The notes under the pieces: model-generated
Told to the model about the DNA's origin: nothing
Databases searched by the model: none
Seen by the model: the letters and a program-made list of their open reading frames with translations, nothing else
Made by a program: the position numbers and the translations under genes
In this document: positions 1-12,875 of the stretch, one piece after another
Layout of the letters: each line of letters opens with the position of its first letter
How positions within the stretch are numbered: position 1 is the first letter of the stretch
DNA from: Octopus sinensis
Taxonomy: Eukaryota
Direction: 5' to 3'
Length of the DNA stretch: 64,000 bases
Assembly: GCF_006345805.1 (NCBI RefSeq)
Contig: NW_021836141.1
Span: forward strand, 112,368 to 176,367

Positions 1-508
1 TTGCTTCAGACCCTACTTGTAAGTATTTGTCTTAGTGCTGTGTCGTAACGATATGTAGATCGTTAACGTCTTGTTATTTATCGAATCACTATGTTTATCT
101 TTTGTATATTGGTACATTACTGACATTGGTTTCCTTTCGTTGCATTCACGCCTTTATACCTCTAGTATGTCGCCTATACTACGTGCCCTTTCTCCTCTAT
201 AAGTTGTGGAAGCGTTTTTACATATATTGCGTACGGCGTACATCGATTGAACATGTGCATGTTCGTAGATAAATATTTGTGCTGAGATATGTCACTAAGT
301 GCTACCAACAAACGTGTGTAGATGGTAAAATGAATGGTTAGAAATAGATAGAACGAACAAAATACACACAAACATACATGCACATGCATATAGATATAGG
401 TGGCCGTAATGAACCTAAAACCTAATGTCGAAATGTTCAGTACAAGTTCAACACAACAATCCCACATTCACACATTCTTTGGTATCCATCGTCACAGACA
501 CACATACA

Positions 509-903
509 GGCGCAGGAGTGGCTGTGTGGTAAGTAGCTTGCTTACGAACCACATGGTTCCGGGTTCAGTCCCACTGCGTGGCACCTTGGGCAAGTGTCTT
601 CTACTATAGCCTCGGGCTGACCAAAGCCTTGTGAGTGGATTTGGTTGACGGAAACTGAAAGAAGCTCGTCGTATATATATATATATGCGTGTGTGTGTTT
701 GCGTGTCTGTGTTTGTCCCCCTAGCATTGCTTGACAACCGATGCTGGTGTGTTTATGTCTCCGTTACTTTGCGGTTCGGCAAAAAGAGACCGATAGAATA
801 AGTACTGGGCTTACAAAAAGAATAAGTCCCGGGGTCAAGTTGCTCGATTAAAGGCGGTGCTCCAGCATGGCCGCAGTCAAATGACTGAAACAAGTAAAAG
901 AGT
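509..903 (+). mobile_element. tRNA-derived SINE family A, full length
   Basis: A-box-like TGGCTGTGTGG, B-box-like GGTTCAGTCCC, internal (TA)n(TG)n, 3' tail TGACTGAAACAAGTAAAAGAG; at least 8 further copies in the window. Confidence 0.9.
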
Positions 904-1254
904 CAGACGAAAAGCAACAACAACAAAAACGCAGACACACACATATACACAATGCAAACATAAATAGCAGAACAAAGGTTGAAAATTTCATATACTACAA
1001 AGTATAAAGAATAGATATGTAAGACGGGCAAATCCGCATTGTTTGCGACGCAGTTTCTCAAGAAAAGGCTTTGCCCAACCAAATAAACAATTTCCCTATA
1101 ATCCACATAACGAACTGATAAAGAAATTGAAACTGATGTTAAACACAACCAGGGCATGTGTTTTTATTTGCATTGGGATCTACAAAAAAAGATACATGAA
1201 CATTTCAGCATACGACTTTAAATTAAGAATATTGCAAAATGGCAAAATAGTACA

Positions 1255-1315
1255 GATAACTGAAGAGATGCCGGCGTGGGTTTCCACCCCGACATCCGAA
1301 ACTCGGAGTTTTATC
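1255..1315 (+). ncRNA. Minimal type-I hammerhead ribozyme motif (Penelope pLTR type)
   Basis: gataa-CTGAAGA-long stem II (gatg..gtgg/ccac..catc)-c-GAAA-ctc g gag-TT-ttatc; stem I gataa/ttatc; related copy at 46010-46160. Confidence 0.8.
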
Positions 1316-1697
1316 ATGGCTACCGAATAATTGTCTCATATTATATTTACATAATATTTACAGATAAATTCCTCTATTTACATAATATCGAGGTCTCTTT
1401 CATTCTTTTGTTGTCTTAACATTTTTATCAATATATATACATATGTGTGTGTGTGGGCGCGTGTGTGTGCATGTGTGTGTGTGCGCGCGCGCGTGTGTGT
1501 AGGTATGTATGTATGTATATATATATATGTATATATTATGTATGTATGTATGCATGCATGCTTGTATGTATGTATATGTATGTGCATATAAGCAACACAT
1601 ATACGTGCATATATTATTTCCTGTAAGTCTAACTCATATATATATAAATATACATGCGTGTGTGTATGTGTATATGTGTATATATGTATATGTGTTT

Positions 1698-1767
<70 letters not shown>

Positions 1768-2369
1768 GCGTGCATCTGCTCAAGATATTTATTTACCTTT
1801 ATTTGTACAGAACGAATGAAGATAATTTTTGACTTCAATTTACTTTCTGTATGAAATTTGGAAGAATGACTTTGAAAGACACTAATTTTGTATTTATTCA
1901 ATAGCATTCCAATTGGATTTGCGTTTCAATATCATATCTCTCCTCAGTTCAATTTCAACGTTGTATAACATACGTGTATCCAATAAACCGAGAGTAGTGC
2001 TCAGTACTAAATTATGTTAGTATTTACAATATAGCTCTAGTCATCAAAAGCAGACGAATTTAACGGTGAATACAATTTCAAATAATATTCATAATTTCAG
2101 TTGCATAGATCTTGTCTGAACTAATTTTTAAAAAATCTAAGTTTGAAATATATGTATTTCCATAGCTAAAAATTTATAATTTCCTCTAAGTTTATATTTC
2201 AAATTGTACCAACGAGAACTATGACATTCAAACGCAATGAATAGTTAGAAAATAGATTAACAGTATTTTATTTCTTTATTTTAAAATTTATTCCTTCAGT
2301 ATTCGTTAAAAATATATCAGTAGAAAATCTCATCTTCACTGATATATATATAATATATATATATATATG

Positions 2370-2402
<33 letters not shown>

Positions 2403-2403
<1 letters not shown>

Positions 2404-2516
2404 CTTGCTTCAGTCATTTGACTGTGGTCATGCTGGAACAGCGACTTTTAGTCAAGTAAATCGACACCAGAACTTATTCTTTGTAAGCCTAGTACTTTTT
2501 TTATCGGTTGCTTTCG
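2403..2516 (-). mobile_element. SINE family A, 3' fragment
   Basis: Reverse complement of the family A tail. Confidence 0.8.
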
Positions 2517-3770
2517 CTACCATTCTTAGATATACTAATTAAGAAAATAACCTTAAAATAGAAACAGACATTTTTTACAAAGCCACAGACGCCAAACAAT
2601 ACCTACTTTTTGATTCATGCCGCCCAAGACACACTAAAACAAATATCCCTTTCAACCTTGCAAGAAGGATATGCACAATAGTGTCAGAACAAAATACCAG
2701 GAACTTTAGACTACAAGAACTCAAAAACACCCTAATTGACAGACACTACCCAGTTCAACTCATAGAAAGATGGAATCAGACATGCAACAGAAATCGACAT
2801 AGAAACTTTGAGAAAAGTTCAACATAACAACACACCTTCCCCGAAAATACTGCCTTACATATCTACATACAACCCCAGAAACAAAGACGCCTTCACCATC
2901 ATCACCCAGAATTTACCAATACTTCATAAGGACCCCAAATTAAAGGAAATTCTAAACATACATAAAATCATTAAAGCTACAAACGCCTAAATCACTTAAA
3001 AAGATTCTCACAAAAGCAAAATTGTTTTCTGAAATTATGGATGCAAAAGTTAAAAAATGTGGTAGACCAAACTGCGCAACATGCCCAAACCTTCTAGAAG
3101 GATCAGAATTCCTTTCAAAGAGGGACAAAAATTCAAGATCAGATCTAATTTTACTTGTGCTTCTGAAACATAATTTATGACATAAGGTGCCGGGCTGCCA
3201 CCAAAACTACGTGGGGTCCACGGGATTATCACTCAGACGTAGATGCACTCTGCATCGACAACAGATTGCATTCCCAGAATACAGAATGATACCCTTTAGT
3301 GAGCATATTGAGAAATGCGCAAAGCAACTACTACCACAATTTTTAATCTTTCCATTCTATCAATGTGCTATTGGAACACCAACACAAATTAGATTAAACA
3401 AGAAACATTCATTGAAAACATATAAGCCTAAACTTAACCATTCTAACATTCTATACAGAGAAACTCACCCCTTAAATAAGGGAAAAGAAATATAAAGCGA
3501 TTATCTCCCTTATACCGGAAGAAATCCTTATACCTAGATCCTTCCTCCCCTACCTGGAACTCTTCTTTGCACTGCATAACGAAGACATAACACGATGTAG
3601 GTAAAGACATTTGAAAATTTGAAAAGTTAACACGAATCGGTAATTTCCTCTCAAAAACCATGTTACTGCATGAAAATTTTATAACATTCTTCTAACATAA
3701 CGACTTAAATATATTCTTTAACCTTATAAAACAAGCCTTCTGTAGTTTTTTCACACTTTTCTATTTTCTC
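2517..3770 (+). mobile_element. Penelope-like element: RT C-terminus plus GIY-YIG endonuclease, frameshifted
   Basis: LPFLDILI..TDIFYKATDAKQYL..NIPFNLARRIC; CGRPNCATC; CPGCHQNYVGSTG..RRRCTLHRQQI; paralog at 48130-49710. Confidence 0.9.
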
Positions 3771-3776
3771 TCCTCC

Positions 3777-3814
<38 letters not shown>

Positions 3815-4048
3815 TTTATATATATATATATAATATATATATATATATATAATATATATTATATATATATACGTTTAAATATTTGTTGTGCAAGATTTTT
3901 TATGTGAAGTCGTGTGTTGAAACAGATATTGTTATATTTCGGAATGGTCATATTGCCAGTTTATAGCCAATAAAAACACACGCACTATATATTTGGTGTT
4001 ATTTTGCTTCATTGATATTTATTTTTACATTAATCTTAATCTTATTTC

Positions 4049-4094
4049 GGCCAAAGTTCTTTCGTCACATTCCTGTTGACCGCATCAGTGGTCC
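4049..4094 (-). ncRNA. Hammerhead-like motif with A9C core (CTGATGC)
   Basis: Minus strand ggacca-CTGATGC-g-gtca..tgac-GAAA-gaac-TT-tggcc; its downstream flank is repeated in inverted orientation at 4742-4862. Confidence 0.55.
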
Positions 4095-4859
4095 TTTGTT
4101 TTCTTCTCACTTACTTGTGTCTCTCCTTACTAACTCGTCAGCCATTTTGTATTTCTATTGTTGTCTTCTTTGCGCATGCTTATATCTCTATGTGCGTCTA
4201 TGTTTATTTAGTGTGTGTTGGGGGATGCCTGTAATATTTGTATCTTCTGGTTATATACATTTCTTGTATTTGTATTTTGTTTTTTTGCTTGTTGTTGCTT
4301 TTGTTCTAATTTTGTTCATGTGTTTACATCCACCCATTATTATCATTACATATGCTTGTATGTATGTATAACAACAATATTAGTAATAATAATAATAAAC
4401 TAATCGAAAAAAAAAAAAATATATATATTTATAGTATATATATACATATTACACACATAATACACACATACATACATATATATATATATTACACATATAC
4501 ATATATATAGTTATTCATTTCTATTTCTTTAATTATCTGTGTATTTATTATGTTTGCAGGATCCACTATCGTCATATGTTGTGTGTGTGCTATTGCTCTC
4601 CATTCTAGTTTTCTATTCAGGCTAGGTTTATTTTCTATTATATGTGTAGCTTCTGTAATTTGTCTAATTGTTGCATCTGTTCTATGTGTGGACAATATCT
4701 TAATCTCTATGTTATTGATTGATCCCCCGTGTTCTTGTTCACGAAATAAGATTAAGATTAATGTAAAAAATAAATATCACTGAAGCAAAATAACACCAAA
4801 TATATAGTGCGTGTGTTTTTATTGGCTAAACTGGCAATATGACCATTCCAAAATATAAC

Positions 4860-4892
<33 letters not shown>

Positions 4893-4907
4893 ACATATAT
4901 ACATACA

Positions 4908-5546
4908 TGGTTGGCATCCTTTTTGTCTCGGGAGACAATGGAGTTGCGCTTAAAATAGTCTAGTCCGGCTTTTACATTTCCTGTCCTGATACATTTCCTG
5001 CTGTGGCTGTGTAGTCCTATCCTGGACAAACACTCCCTCTGGCAGGTACCGCAAATGTAACGAAGACTGTTCCTGACTGGTTGTAATGCCATAGTTTCTT
5101 GTTGACGTCTCTTCTTGTCTTTCCATTTCTCCTCTCTCTCTCTCTCTCTCTGTCACTCCTTTGTATTCCCTCTTTTACGGTACGTCGCCAATCTCCACGG
5201 TTGCCGGCAACTGCCTCCCAACCGCTGATATTGATGTTGCAGGCCTTCATGTTCCTTTTGCAAACATCCTTGTATAGTAAGAACGGTCTACCCACAGACC
5301 TAGTACCCCTAGCAAGCTCCCCGTAGAGTATGTCCTTGGGGATTCTGCCATCTTTCATACGGCTAACATGCCCAAGTCATCTCATACGTCTTTCTGTGAG
5401 GAGTGCAAACATGCTTGGTATTCCTGCTTGCCTGAGGACATCTTTGTTGGGGATATGATTCTGCCATTTGATGCGGAGGATTTTCCGGAGGCAGCGCAGG
5501 TGAAAGATGTTTAGGCGACGCTCTTGGCGTGTGTATAGCATCCAAG
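4908..5546 (-). mobile_element. RTE-clade LINE, 3' fragment
   Basis: FHLRCLRKILRIKWQ..GHVSRMKDGRIPKDILYGEL..GRP..YKDVCK, plus C-terminal CGTCQRECLSRIGLHSHSRKC zinc finger. Confidence 0.9.
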
Positions 5547-5691
5547 TATACATATATACATACATATATATATCTATTATCTATCTATCTCTCTCTCTAT
5601 ATATATATATAATAATAAATATTAGGGATTAAATCCAAATTTACAGGGAAAAATCAGATTTAGGATTGAATCCAATTTTATAGTAAAATAT

Positions 5692-6040
5692 TATATAATA
5701 TTAATTAGAGACAAAACCACTATTATGCAAATCAAACAAAGAAAGACTTAATCCAATACATAAAAAATTTTATATAAATTAAATAAAATTAAGTTATCCA
5801 CTACAATTGTTTCTTGTCACTTCTAAGGACATTCATCAGGTGGTTTTCAGACCTTCTATTCAATTTTAAATTAATAGAAGGTCTGAAAACCACCTGATGA
5901 ATCTACTTAGAAGTGACAAGAAACAATTGTAGTGGATAACTTAATTTTATTTAATTTATATAAAAATTTTTATGTATTGGATTAAGTCTTTCTTTGTTTG
6001 ATTTGCATAATAGTGGTTTTGTCTCTAATTAATATTATAT
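5692..6040. repeat. Fold-back with ~170-bp arms and a hammerhead motif in each arm
   Basis: Near-perfect inverted repeat centred ~5866; ccac-CTGATGA-stem II-GAAA-caattg-TA-gtgg at 5890-5935 (+) and 5798-5843 (-). Confidence 0.9.
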
Positions 6041-6245
6041 ATATATATATTCTGTAAATAATAATAATAGTATTTTATAAGATTTAAGCTTATAAAATAC
6101 TATTATTAGTATTTACAGAATTGTAAAAGTCGACACTGCTTAACAAAACCATCTCAGTGAAAGCATACACACACACAAACTGCGCTTCAAATTATTAACA
6201 TTTTTTATTTTAATTAACAACCACTTGTTGGAATTCAACGAAATT

Positions 6246-7063
6246 GGATCTTTTCCTTTTGAACGGCATATGTCAACACAATTTCTAGTTAACTAAACAC
6301 TTTTAAACTTCGTATACTGGTAGAATGTGTTTATAAAACATCATTTTTTCTTGGCTTTATTGAGAAAATTCTATACTTTGTAAGATATTTCCACTTTAAA
6401 ATCGAGCATTTCGGCAATTTTAACCAATCGCTGAAGTCCATTTGGGGTTCAAACATTCCGTGCTGTATGAATATGTCCCTCCTTTAAGAAACAGATTGGG
6501 TTTTTTTACATTTGCGAAGAAAAAAAGATACCCTTTCCCCACCCTAACCCTAAAACAGATTGAAATGCAATAGTTCGATACTAGGGTCATAATTATGGGT
6601 GACAATTTCATACGACACCGCTACGGAAAATGGGATTTTTTTCTAGCGGTGTCTAATGAAAATGTCACCCATAATTATAACCCTAGTATCGATCTATTGC
6701 ATTTCAATCTGTTTTAGGGTTAGGGTTAGTTAGAGTTAGGGGTGGGGTTAGGGTTAGGGTTAGGGGTGGAGGAAGGGTATCTTTTTTTCTTCGCAAATGT
6801 AAATAAACCCAATCTGTTTCTTAAAGGAGGGACATATTCATACAGCACGGGATGTTTGAACCCCAAATGGACTCCAGCGATTGGTTAAAATTGCCGAAAT
6901 GCTCGATTTTAAAGTGGAAATATCTTACAAAGTATAGAATGTTCTCAATAAAGCCAAGAAAAAAATGATGTTTTATAAACACATTCTACCAGTATACGAA
7001 GTTTAAAAGTGTTTAGTTAACTAGAAATTGTGTTGACATATGCCGTTCAAAAGGAAAAGATCC
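6246..7063. mobile_element. Palindromic Merlin-like MITE built from two head-to-head halves
   Basis: GGATCTTTTCC..GGAAAAGATCC termini; perfect 8-bp TSD ACGAAATT; ~380-bp-scale inverted arms; internal TTAGGG. Confidence 0.85.
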
Positions 7064-7219
7064 ACGAAATTTCCACAGAATGATTGCAATAATTGTATGC
7101 GCGTGGTGTGTAAAAACGTGAGCTTTTGCGCAAGTGTAAACAAACCGCGGCCATTTGCATGATTTCCAAGAACTTTCAGTGTTCCAAATTATTAACGAGT
7201 GGTCGATAATCGTGTAATT

Positions 7220-7775
7220 GTGGGTCGTAAATGTGACCTAACTGCCTCAGAGAAATCCGTTATTACTTCTGAACTTGCAAAAGGTAAATCAACATTAGAA
7301 ATATCTAAAATAATTTGAAGATATCGCCAAACTATGAAGACATTTGTTACAGCTCCTACGAAGATACGCAAGAGATCCGACAAGGGTCAGTCGAGGGCTG
7401 TTTCTCAACGTTCTCTGTCACGAATTTAGCGTGAAGCTATAAAGAAGCCAGGTCTTATAAGTGGAGAACTTTTCAAGCGCATTGGCGAAACAGCTGTGTC
7501 CAGAACTACTCGATGTCGTCTCCTGAAAAAAGGTCGATAAAAGGCCTCCCTTTATACAAACTACACATATAAAATCGTCTGAAATGGGCAGAAGATAACA
7601 TGAAGGTCAACTTTCCAAAAGTTTTATTTATGAACGAAACTCATGCGACTCTTGATGGACCTGATAGTTGGAGCATGGACGATATCATTATCAACGCTTG
7701 AGACGCCAACGAGGAGCGGGTCGCAACATGATTTGGGCAGGTATTATTGAAGGCATTATGGCTGATCCTTGGAGA
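7220..7775 (+). mobile_element. Tc1-family transposase remnant
   Basis: GRKCDLTASEKSVITSELAKGKSTLEISK..RKRSDKG; RLKWAEDNMKVNFPKVLFMNETHATLDGPDSW; MIWAGI; stops and frameshifts. Confidence 0.85.
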
Positions 7776-8282
7776 GAAAAGAGAGAGAAGAAGGAGGGAA
7801 AGTAATAAAATAATAAAAAAATGATAAAATATTTTTATTATTTTATTACTCTTCTTCTCTCTCTTTTTTCTCTTCTCTTTATTCTCTTATCTTTTTTCTC
7901 TTTCTTTATTCCTCTCTTCCTGTTTTCGATTTGGCCCAACTAATACACTCCCTTAGGTCACTTTAAATAAAAAAACCTTTGACTCTACCACACTGTTTAT
8001 AAATACTGTACTTGGAATGACCAAGTTTAAATACTGCTGGATCTCACTCATAAGGTATTGGTATCTTACATTGTGTATAAACTCTATATTTGGAAGGACC
8101 CATTTTAAATTCTGTTGGATTTTACTCATAAGGTATTGGAATCTTACATATATACCATTCTGCCTAAAAGACGGATCTACAACTTCAATATCCCTACATA
8201 TCTTACATCTATTTTCTTTCCTCCACCTCACTCCCTCTTTTGTATCCTATCTAAACTACTATTACTTAACCATTCTCACACC

Positions 8283-8334
8283 GTCTCCGATTAACGGATA
8301 TAATTAATAAATATCCTGGAAACAGCTGTAAGAC
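8283..8334 (+). ncRNA. Decayed hammerhead motif
   Basis: gtct-CCGATTA-ac-ggatat..atatcc-tg-GAAA-cagctg-TA-agac; helices intact, two core substitutions. Confidence 0.5.
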
Positions 8335-8543
8335 CTCCTATCTATAAATGTTCTAATATCTACACAGCCTTGGTTTTTTTTATCTCATTACCAAAAAATT
8401 CTTATATACACACGCTGACATATGACCAACGTTGAACCCCTTATTCGCAAAATTACCGAACCTGGAACTTCACTATGATCTGTCTATAGCACTTATTCCG
8501 CATTACCTAACACCTTTGGGTCTCAATGATACCATTACCTCCC

Positions 8544-8584
<41 letters not shown>

Positions 8585-8599
8585 GGTGTGTGTGTGTAT

Positions 8600-8937
8600 G
8601 GTGAAGGCGCATGGCTCAGTGGTTAGAGCGTCGAGCTTACGATCGTGAGGTTGTGAGTTCGAATCCCGGACCGGGCTGCGTGTTGTATTCTTGAGCAAGG
8701 CACTTTATTTCACGTTGCTCCAGTTCACTCAGCTGTAGAAATGAGTTGCGACGTCACTGGTGCCAAGCTGTATCGACCTATGTCTTTCCCTTGGATAACA
8801 CTAGTGGCGTGGAGAGGGGAGGCTGGTATGCATGGGCGACTGCTGGTCTTCCATAAACAACCTTGCCCGGACTTGTGTCTAGGAGAGTAACTTTCTAGGT
8901 GCAATGCCATGGTCATTCATGACCGAAGGGGGTCTTT
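8600..8937 (+). mobile_element. tRNA-derived SINE (head H2, tail T4)
   Basis: TGGCTCAGTGGTTAGAGC and GAGTTCGAATCCC boxes followed by CTTGAGCAAGGCACTTTA. Confidence 0.85.
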
Positions 8938-9291
8938 TTTTTGTTGTGTGTGTATATACAGAGAGAAATGAATTTTAAAATTTCAAAATATCACTACACG
9001 CGTTTCAATAGTATAGTTTATTCCCAAATACAAAGTCCTGTACATAACATATTAGATAACATTACATAACCTCGCAGTGTCCAGAATCAGCAAACTTCTA
9101 TGTAACTCTGTATGGACCGCTGTGTTCTGATCCGTTGAATCCTTGTAATCCTTCATTTCGAAGTAATCTGTTTAGCTACATTCACGGAGATGCTACTAAG
9201 TGACTTTTGCCAATATCTATTTTATCTCCTCTGCATAACTATAACTGTTTGTCTATACAGATATGTACACACACACACACACACATACATA

Positions 9292-9458
9292 CAGAGCCGG
9301 CTCAAGATACTGGCAACTCGAGCAGTCGCTCGGGGCGCCATGTGCTAGGGGGCACCAAAGAGGGCGTGACAAAGACAAGAAAATTTCCACGACCGTCAGC
9401 CTTGTACACGCTGAAGTTCAGCTTGCTCGGGGCGCCAGCAACCCTAGGGCCGACCCTG
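9292..9458. mobile_element. Small MITE with CAGGGCCGGC-type TIRs (hAT-like)
   Basis: CAGAGCCGGCTC..GGGCCGACCCTG; GC-rich island; no clean TSD. Confidence 0.65.
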
Positions 9459-9651
9459 TATATATAAAAGACTTTCTCACTTTCCCGAGCATCAAAATAA
9501 TACACCTGTCTTCTTCTTTTGCTTTTTTGTAAACTTCAACTATATGTGTGCAAGTACGTAATATATGTGTATATATGTATGTGCGTAAGAGTGCGTACGT
9601 ATATATTAGTCTACGTGTACATATATATATATACACATACATACATATATA

Positions 9652-9708
<57 letters not shown>

Positions 9709-10808
9709 CACTTACATATATATGTATGTATGTGTATGTATAATTACAAATAGGTATACACGTATAAATATGTGTATGTGTACTTCTGTAAATGAAATAA
9801 ACACGTGTATCTTTAGTATATTACAGAAGCTTTATCTCATTTAAGATGTATTTATTAAGTCCTTTATGCGAAAGCTGTTTGCTGCGATCTCAGAACACAA
9901 GTATATAATCCATATCCAAGATGGAATCACATTTCTCCCCGAGGATAAACCTTAAAATGACAAGATATCTTCTTTAATGGAAATTTAATATTCGTTTATG
10001 CTAATAACCTCCCATGGCTTTTGGGTTAGAAGTAAAAAACAGGCCCATCAAAAAATGTGTACTTTCACAGATTTAGTTGCATTTAATCTGATCAGACTTC
10101 TATTGCTATAACTAATATGTGACAGCAAATACCATAGTTTTGAATAGAACACTATTCACATCTTATCAGATTTATCTAGTTACGTGAATATAATTTTCTA
10201 CCAAGTTTAAATTTCAAACTTTCTCTGATGAGGTGTGTGATTGCAACGGATATACAGCTGGAATGTTATTGAATGAATACAAAATAGGTTAGCAGCTGTC
10301 ATAAATATTTGTTTGTTTTTACATGTGTGCATCCAACTTTGGTATAAAAAAAAAATATATATATAGTTACATGGACAATCATCTTAAATCGTTCAACAGA
10401 AGTAAAACAAAAAACATTAAGATATTGAAATTTTAGTTTCGATATAAATCACGTTTATTAACGAAGGAAGGTGTTTGTGTTATCAACGGATAATTCTTGC
10501 AAATACTTTCTAAGAAAGATGGAATTTCGCCGTTGTGCTAAATGCCAAAAGTGCACTAGGCTGCAATTATTGATGCCTAATATACTGGTGTGTGTATGTG
10601 TGTGTATGTGTGTGTGCAATGTTTCATTACGTGTTTCAAGCATATAGCACTTGATAAGAACAGCAGAGTTGAATATTTCGACATAGAAACAGATTGATAC
10701 TTATACACAGGTTACTTGAAATTTCATGTCTTTGTAATAATACAACCAGCAAAGCTATATGCCTTTACCCATCATAAAAAAGTTTCAGGCATTTTAGTTT
10801 TTAAACAG

Positions 10809-11490
10809 GGCGTCGAGCTGTCAGAATCGTAAGCGCGCCGGGCGAAATGCTTAGACGAAAGTCTGCCGTTACGTTCTGAGTTCAAATTCCGCCGAGGTCG
10901 ACTTTGCCTTTCATCCCTTCGGGACGCACTGGGGTCGATATAATCGACTTAATCCGTTTGTCTGTACTTGTTTGTCTCCTCTGTGTTTACCCCCTTGTGG
11001 GTAGTAAAGAAATAGGTATTTCGTCTGGCAAAATGCTTAGCGGTGAGCTGGCAGAATCGTTAGCACGCCGGGCGAATCCGTAGCCGCATTTCGTCTGCCG
11101 TTACGTTCTGAGTTCAAATTCCGCCGACTTTGCCTTTCATTCTTTATGCACTGGGGTCGATATAATCGACTTAATCCCTTTGTCTGTCCTTATTTGTCCG
11201 CCGACTTTGCCTTTCATCCTTTCGGGGTCGATTAGATAAGTAACAGTTACGCACTGGAGTCAATATAATCGACTTAATCCGTTTGTCTGTCCTTGTTTGT
11301 CTCCTCTGTGTGTAGCAGTAAAGAAATAGATATTTCGCCCGTCGCTACGTTCTGAGTTCAAATTCCGCCGAGGTCGACTTTGCCCTTCATCTTTTTGGAG
11401 TGAATAAATTAAGTACCAGCTACGCACTGGGGATCGATGTAATCGATTACCCGCCTCCTCCAAATTTCAGGCCTTATGCCTACAGTAGAA
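10809..11490 (+). mobile_element. SINE family B, tandem multimer
   Basis: Repeated GAGTTCAAATTCCGCCGAGGTCGACTTTGCCTTTCATCC units with tRNA-like heads. Confidence 0.85.
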
Positions 11491-11899
11491 AGAATTTTAG
11501 TTTTTACAAGTATTTTTTAAAGCATTCATTTCTGTTTTATCATTGTGGAAAGCAACACAAATATATGCAATCGCTTAGCACATAGACAAGCATCTATAGA
11601 TACACCCACATTTCCACATATATATATTTTATGTTCGTGCTGCAAATACGTGTAAGTTAATATATGTGCAAAGAACGGAAATTGCCCCATATAATGTATT
11701 GGTGTAAGATTATTTGCGAGTGCAATTCGTCAGGCAGTTGAGGTATGCTCAGATATATTACGCGTGTTTCTTGAAATGTCTGCGTTTTCCGACCTACCTT
11801 TTAGATAGTGAATGGTTTCTTGTCGGTTCTGAAGAATGACACCTTATATAGTTCGTAAAAGATTTCTAATTCTACTATTCCTGCAACGTCTTTAATTTT

Positions 11900-12550
11900 C
11901 AATAATTATTTTGGTGTAATAATTGAGAGTGTTTCTATTTTATCACTGTATGTAGTCGAATAATTTAGCCACATTTCTTTTCGAAATGCTTAAAACGAAG
12001 TAAGATTGTTGTATCTGTATTTGATCTCACCTTCTGTCGTATCTATATATCTTTCATTTACCACCTTAAGGTTTGGTTGGTTTGATATTTTTCTATTCTG
12101 CATGTAAACGCAGTTTTGTACATTAAGCCTTTTTGCATTACATTAAATATACGGTAGTACCACGGTTTCGGAACAAGTCTGTCCACGAATAAATCGTGCT
12201 TTATCTTTCGTCTTTCTCATATTCATTTAATACAGTAGTACTTCGGTTTACGAACGCCTCTGAGTGTGTGTGTGTGTGGCACGATTTATTCGTGGTCAGA
12301 GTTATTCGAAAACCGAGGTACTACAGTAGTTGGCCGGCATTTATCGATGCTTCTTCAATGGCAGTCTTTTGTAGAATTATAACATATATTCTTCATGTCG
12401 GTGATCTGCTAAATAGCTTTTCTATATCTATATATAATGGGAAAGTATTTATCGATTAAGTTCAAGAAGGTTTTAGTTGTATTAAATTTCATATTTCATA
12501 AGGACTGCGTACCGTCGAAAATTTCTTATTTGTGATTGTCGCATAAAATA
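11900..12550 (-). mobile_element. Highly degenerate Penelope-like GIY-YIG region
   Basis: Minus-strand pieces LIDKYFP..YRYRKLFSR and NCVY..RYIDTTEGEIKYRYNNLTSF resemble PLE linker and endonuclease motifs. Confidence 0.6.
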
Positions 12551-12774
12551 TGAAACTTTGTTCCTATTACTTCATACATATTTACACACGCGCGCACACA
12601 CATATATCTGTATGTATATGTGTGAATGCATGTATATACATGCGTATGCATATATACATGCATATATAGATATATATGTGCATTTATATGTATATATATG
12701 TATAATTATGCATATACATATATATATATATACATACTTGCATATATACGTACAGACCTACATACACACACATG

Positions 12775-12808
<34 letters not shown>

Positions 12809-12875
12809 ATATATATATATGTATATGTATATATATATATATGTATATATATATGTATATGTATATATATGTATA

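Noticed and set aside
6715-6766. Telomere or chromosome-fusion scar (CCCTAA..TTAGGG)
   Set aside because: Only a few repeats, all internal to a MITE bounded by TIRs and a TSD
7953-8307. Overlapping 92-aa and 96-aa ORFs with a ~70-bp tandem duplication
   Set aside because: Probably a decayed Penelope 3' region upstream of the 8283 motif, but similarity is too weak to call
8600-8675. Possible tRNA gene (also 18592, ~17980 and 60167)
   Set aside because: A and B boxes run directly into SINE bodies with no clean acceptor stem or terminator; these are SINE heads
8990-9010. GAAAC-palindrome-TA half sites (also ~41895-41910)
   Set aside because: No CTGANGA partner; at most truncated remnants
10225-10270. 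CTGATGA hammerhead half
   Set aside because: No correctly placed GAAA, stem III or stem I
9840-10580. Possible minus-strand exons at ~9843-9950 and ~10465-10577; also near 15006 (+), 16258 (-) and 60761 (-)
   Set aside because: Plausible acceptors, but no recognisable protein, weak or missing donors, or stops in all frames; needs RNA-seq
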